This document shows, piece after piece, positions 22,961-26,823 of a stretch of 26,823 nt of DNA. Numbering within the stretch: position 1 is the first letter of the stretch; each line of letters begins with the position of its first letter. Origin of the DNA: a virus; UHGV virus genome UHGV-0250493; one strand, given 5' to 3'. Under the pieces are notes generated by a model. That model did not search any database. It saw only the letters and a list, made by a program, of their open reading frames with translations, and was not told the origin of the DNA. Both the position numbers and the translations under genes were made by a program.

Positions 22961-25900
22961 ATGGGAAAAGGTGGCGGTAAGGCACACACGCCTCGTGAGG
23001 CGAAGGATAATCTCAAATCCACGCAGATGATGAGTGTGATTGATGCGATTGGTGAGGGACCGATAGAAGGTCCGGTGAAGGGACTGCAGAGTATTCTGGT
23101 GAACAAAACCCCACTGACGGACACGGACGGCAATCCCGTGATACACGGTGTGACCGCGGTCTGGCGTGCCGGGGAGCAGGAGCAGACACCACCGGAAGGC
23201 TTTGAGTCCTCCGGAGCTGAAACCGGACTGGGCGTGGAAGTGACGAAGGCAAAACCGGTGACGCGCACCATTACGTCCGCGAACATTGACCGCCTGCGGG
23301 TTACCTTCGGGGTGCAGTCACTGGTGGAGACCACCTCAAAGGGTGACCGTAACCCGGCATCCGTCCGCCTGCTGATTCAGTTACAGCGTAACGGTAACTG
23401 GGTGACAGAAAAGGACGTCACCATTAACGGCAAGACCACCTCACAGTTCCTGGCCTCGGTGATTCTGGATAATCTGCCTCCCCGGCCCTTTAACATCCGG
23501 ATGGTCAGGGAGACGGCGGACAGCACCACGGACCAGCTGCAGAATAAGACGCTGTGGTCGTCATACACCGAAATCATCGATGTGAAACAGTGCTACCCGA
23601 ACACGGCCATTGTGGGGCTGCAGGTGGATGCGGAGCAGTTCGGCGGCCAGCAGATGACGGTGAACTACCATATCCGCGGTCGCATCATCCAGGTGCCGTC
23701 AAACTATGACCCGGAAAAACGCACGTATAGTGGTATCTGGGACGGCAGTCTGAAACCGGCATACAGCAACAACCCGGCCTGGTGTCTGTGGGACATGCTG
23801 ACTCACCCGCGCTACGGCATGGGAAAACGTCTGGGGGCGGCGGATGTGGACAAGTGGGCGCTGTATGCCATCGGGCAGTACTGCGACCAGACGGTCCCGG
23901 ATGGTTTCGGGGGGACCGAGCCGCGGATGACCTTTAATGCGTACCTGGCACAACAGCGTAAGGCGTGGGACGTTCTCAGTGATTTCTGCTCTGCGATGCG
24001 CTGTATGCCGGTATGGAACGGTCAGACGCTGACGTTCGTTCAGGACCGCCCGTCGGATGTGGTGTGGCCGTACACCAACAGCGATGTGGTGGTGGATGAT
24101 AACGGCGTGGGATTCCGCTACAGCTTCAGTGCCCTGAAGGACCGGCACACGGCGGTGGAGGTGAATTACACCGACCCGCAGAACGGCTGGCAGACCTCCA
24201 CGGAACTGGTGGAAGACCCGGAAGCCATACTGCGCTACGGACGCAACCTGCTGAAGATGGACGCGTTCGGCTGTACCAGCCGCGGTCAGGCCCACCGTGC
24301 CGGACTGTGGGTGATAAAGACCGAACTGCTGGAAACGCAGACGGTGGATTTCACGCTCGGGTCTCAGGGGCTGCGGCACACACCCGGTGACATTATTGAA
24401 ATCTGTGATAATGACTATGCCGGGACCCTGACCGGCGGACGTGTCCTGTCCATTGATGCTGCCACGCGCACCCTGACGCTGGACCGTGAGGTTACCCTGC
24501 CGGAGACAGGTACATCGGCGGTGAACCTGATTAACGGAAGCGGTAAGCCGGTGAGTGTGGACATCACCGCACACCCCGCGCCGGACCGGATACAGGTCAG
24601 TACCCTGCCTGATGGTGTGGAGACATACGGGGTGTGGGGACTCTCCCTGCCGTCACTGCGCCGTCGCCTGTTCCGCTGTGTCTCCGTCCGGGAAAACACG
24701 GACGGCACCTTTGCCATCACGGCGGTGCAGCACGTACCGGAAAAAGAAGCCATCGTGGATAACGGTGCCCGCTTTGAGCCGCAGTCAGGTTCCCTGAACA
24801 GCGTCATCCCACCGGCAGTACAGCACCTGACGGTGGAGGTGAGTGCAGCTGACGGCCAGTATCTGGCGCAGGCTAAATGGGACACGCCGCGGGTGGTGAA
24901 GGGCGTGCGCTTCAGTCTGCGCCTGACCAGTGGTAAGGGAACGGATGCCAGACTGGTGACCACCGCCATCACCGCAGACACGGAGCACCGTTTCAGCGGC
25001 CTGCCGCTCGGGGAATACACCCTGACGGTGCGGGCGATAAACAGCTATGGCCAGCAGGGTGAACCTGCCACCACCACCTTCCGGATTGCCGCACCGGCAG
25101 CACCGTCGCGGATTGAGCTGACGCCGGGCTATTTTCAGATAACCGCCACGCCGCATCTTGCTGTTTATGACCCGACGGTACAGTTTGAGTTCTGGTTCTC
25201 AGAAAAGCGGATTACCGATATCAGGCAGGTTGAAACCACAGCCCGCTATCTTGGTACGGCGCTGTACTGGATAGCCGCCAGTATCAATATCAAACCGGGC
25301 CATGATTATTATTTTTACGTTCGCAGTGTGAACACCGTTGGCAAATCGGCATTCGTGGAGGCTGTCGGTCGGGCGAGCGATGATGCGGAAGGTTACCTGG
25401 ATTTTTTCAAAGGAGAAATCGGGAAAACACATCTGGCCCAGGAGTTGTGGACGCAGATTGATAACGGTCAGCTTGCGCCGGACCTGGCTGAAATCAGGAC
25501 GTCCATTACGAATGTCAGCAATGAAATCACGCAGACCGTCAATAAAAAACTGGAAGACCAGAGTGCGGCAATCCAGCAGATACAGAAAGTTCAGGTTGAT
25601 ACAAATAATAACCTGAACAGCATGTGGGCCGTGAAACTGCAGCAGATGAAGGACGGACGCCTTTATATTGCGGGTATCGGAGTCGGTATTGAGAATACGC
25701 CAGCAGGTATGCAGAGTCAGGTGCTTCTGGCTGCTGACCGGATTGCGATGATTAATCCTGCGAATGGCAACACAAAGCCGATGTTTGTTGGTCAGGGCGA
25801 TCAGATATTCATGAACGACGTGTTCCTGAAACGCCTGACGGCTCCGACCATTACCAGCGGCGGTAATCCTCCGGCATTTTCCCTGACACCGGACGGGCGG

Positions 25901-26434
25901 CTGACGGCGAAAAATGCCGATATCAGCGGTAACGTGAATGCGAACTCCGGGACGCTCAACAACGTCACGATTAACGAGAACTGTCGGGTTCTGGGAAAAT
26001 TGTCCGCGAACCAGATTGAAGGCGATCTCGTTAAAACAGTGGGCAAAGCTTTCCCCCGGGACTCCCGTGCACCGGAGCGGTGGCCATCAGGAACCATTAC
26101 CGTCAGGGTTTATGACGATCAGCCGTTTGACCGGCAGATTGTTATTCCGGCGGTGGCATTCAGCGGCGCTAAACATGAGAAAGAGCATACTGATATTTAC
26201 TCCTCATGCCGTCTGATAGTGCGGAAAAACGGTGCTGAAATTTATAACCGTACCGCGCTGGATAATACGCTGATTTACAGTGGTGTTATTGATATGCCTG
26301 CCGGTCACGGTCACATGACACTGGAGTTTTCGGTGTCAGCATGGCTGGTAAATAACTGGTATCCCACAGCAAGTATCAGCGATTTGCTGGTTGTGGTGAT
26401 GAAGAAAGCCACTGCAGGCATCACGATTAGCTGA
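22961..26434 (+). CDS. J: central tail fiber / host specificity protein J
   Basis: 1157 aa with AGGGGAAGG RBS. Large lambda gpJ-like protein. N-terminal [22 protein letters not shown] matches the gpJ start pattern. Fibronectin-III-like repeats in the central part. Confidence 0.85.
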   Translation: MGKGGGKAHTPREAKDNLKSTQMMSVIDAIGEGPIEGPVKGLQSILVNKTPLTDTDGNPVIHGVTAVWRAGEQEQTPPEGFESSGAETGLGVEVTKAKPVTRTITSANIDRLRVTFGVQSLVETTSKGDRNPASVRLLIQLQRNGNWVTEKDVTINGKTTSQFLASVILDNLPPRPFNIRMVRETADSTTDQLQNKTLWSSYTEIIDVKQCYPNTAIVGLQVDAEQFGGQQMTVNYHIRGRIIQVPSNYDPEKRTYSGIWDGSLKPAYSNNPAWCLWDMLTHPRYGMGKRLGAADVDKWALYAIGQYCDQTVPDGFGGTEPRMTFNAYLAQQRKAWDVLSDFCSAMRCMPVWNGQTLTFVQDRPSDVVWPYTNSDVVVDDNGVGFRYSFSALKDRHTAVEVNYTDPQNGWQTSTELVEDPEAILRYGRNLLKMDAFGCTSRGQAHRAGLWVIKTELLETQTVDFTLGSQGLRHTPGDIIEICDNDYAGTLTGGRVLSIDAATRTLTLDREVTLPETGTSAVNLINGSGKPVSVDITAHPAPDRIQVSTLPDGVETYGVWGLSLPSLRRRLFRCVSVRENTDGTFAITAVQHVPEKEAIVDNGARFEPQSGSLNSVIPPAVQHLTVEVSAADGQYLAQAKWDTPRVVKGVRFSLRLTSGKGTDARLVTTAITADTEHRFSGLPLGEYTLTVRAINSYGQQGEPATTTFRIAAPAAPSRIELTPGYFQITATPHLAVYDPTVQFEFWFSEKRITDIRQVETTARYLGTALYWIAASINIKPGHDYYFYVRSVNTVGKSAFVEAVGRASDDAEGYLDFFKGEIGKTHLAQELWTQIDNGQLAPDLAEIRTSITNVSNEITQTVNKKLEDQSAAIQQIQKVQVDTNNNLNSMWAVKLQQMKDGRLYIAGIGVGIENTPAGMQSQVLLAADRIAMINPANGNTKPMFVGQGDQIFMNDVFLKRLTAPTITSGGNPPAFSLTPDGRLTAKNADISGNVNANSGTLNNVTINENCRVLGKLSANQIEGDLVKTVGKAFPRDSRAPERWPSGTITVRVYDDQPFDRQIVIPAVAFSGAKHEKEHTDIYSSCRLIVRKNGAEIYNRTALDNTLIYSGVIDMPAGHGHMTLEFSVSAWLVNNWYPTASISDLLVVVMKKATAGITIS

Positions 26435-26453
26435 ATTTTATAACCCAGATACG

Positions 26454-26478
26454 GGCGCCAGAAATGGCGCCTTTTTTA
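26454..26478 (+). terminator. intrinsic terminator after J
   Basis: Stem GGCGCC-AGAAAT-GGCGCC followed by TTTTTT. Confidence 0.6.
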
Positions 26479-26501
26479 TTGCAGAAAAGCGAGAGGTAAT
26501 T

Positions 26502-26823
26502 ATGCGTAAATTATGTGCTGTTATTTTGTCCGCAGTAGTCTGGCAGGTCGCCGCTGCTACGCCAGCGAGTGCAGCAGAACATCAGTCCACGCTGAGCGCG
26601 GGGTATCTCCATGCCTCGACGAACGTTCCCGGTAGTGATGATCTGAACGGGATTAACGTGAAATACCGTTATGAGTTTACGGACGCGCTGGGGCTGATTA
26701 CGTCCTTCAGTTATGCCAATGCTGAGGATGAGCAAAAAACGCGCTACAGCGATACCCGCTGGCATGAAGATTCCGTGCGTAACCGCTGGTTCAGCGTGAT
26801 GGCGGGGCCGTCTGTGCGCGTGA
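26502..26823 (+). CDS. lom: Lom/Ail-family outer membrane protein (3' end beyond window)
   Basis: ATG 26502 with GAGAGG RBS. Signal peptide MRKLCAVILSAVVWQVAAA. Mature part GINVKYRYEFTD...RWFSVMAGP matches the lambda Lom/Ail/PagC beta-barrel family. No stop codon before the window end. Confidence 0.8.
   Translation, partial: MRKLCAVILSAVVWQVAAATPASAAEHQSTLSAGYLHASTNVPGSDDLNGINVKYRYEFTDALGLITSFSYANAEDEQKTRYSDTRWHEDSVRNRWFSVMAGPSVRV

Noticed and set aside
22747-22980. 77 aa + strand ORF crossing the strong hairpin upstream of J
   Set aside because: Spans a perfect 10 bp terminator-like hairpin and overlaps the J start in another frame. No RBS.
23699-25020. Long minus-strand ORFs (291 and 201 aa) inside J
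   Set aside because: Both are antisense to the J coding sequence with biased Arg/Pro/His composition. Judged to be shadow ORFs.
1-26823. Integrase, attachment sites or insertion sequences
   Set aside because: No integrase or transposase-like ORF and no terminal inverted repeats were seen. The window is internal to the prophage, so its boundaries cannot be assessed.

Overview
This window is the interior of a lambdoid prophage with a Stx-phage-like late-region backbone (enterobacterial, E. coli/Shigella type), read from the nin/Q region to lom. Order on the + strand: a Hok/Gef-family toxin gene, a YdfU-like DUF968 protein, RusA, antiterminator Q with a lambda-like PR'/tR', a small ORF, a DPPY-motif DNA methyltransferase, and a tRNA cluster (Ile2-CAU, Arg-UCG, and an apparently truncated Arg-UCU). 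Where Stx phages carry stxAB there is no toxin; instead about 1 kb of hairpin-rich and AT-rich DNA holds one minus-strand ORF of unknown function. Then come the NanS-p-type esterase, an S21-like pinholin, a YdfR-like ORF, a SAR endolysin, a 640 bp insert with four tiny membrane-peptide ORFs, Rz/Rz1, a TonB-C-terminal-domain lipoprotein, a ribbon-helix-helix protein, an HNH endonuclease, a GTTAAC-repeat region likely at cos, and TerS. The head module is rearranged: TerL and a protease-capsid fusion lie on the minus strand between two oppositely oriented halves of the portal gene. Head-tail and tail genes follow, but the tape-measure region (T, H, M, most of L) is missing between the tail chaperone and K, I, J, lom. 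The I-J gap holds a candidate minus-strand small RNA. Overall this looks like a stx-negative, structurally defective prophage retaining several accessory genes; all identifications are by eye from translations and motifs, with no database searches run.
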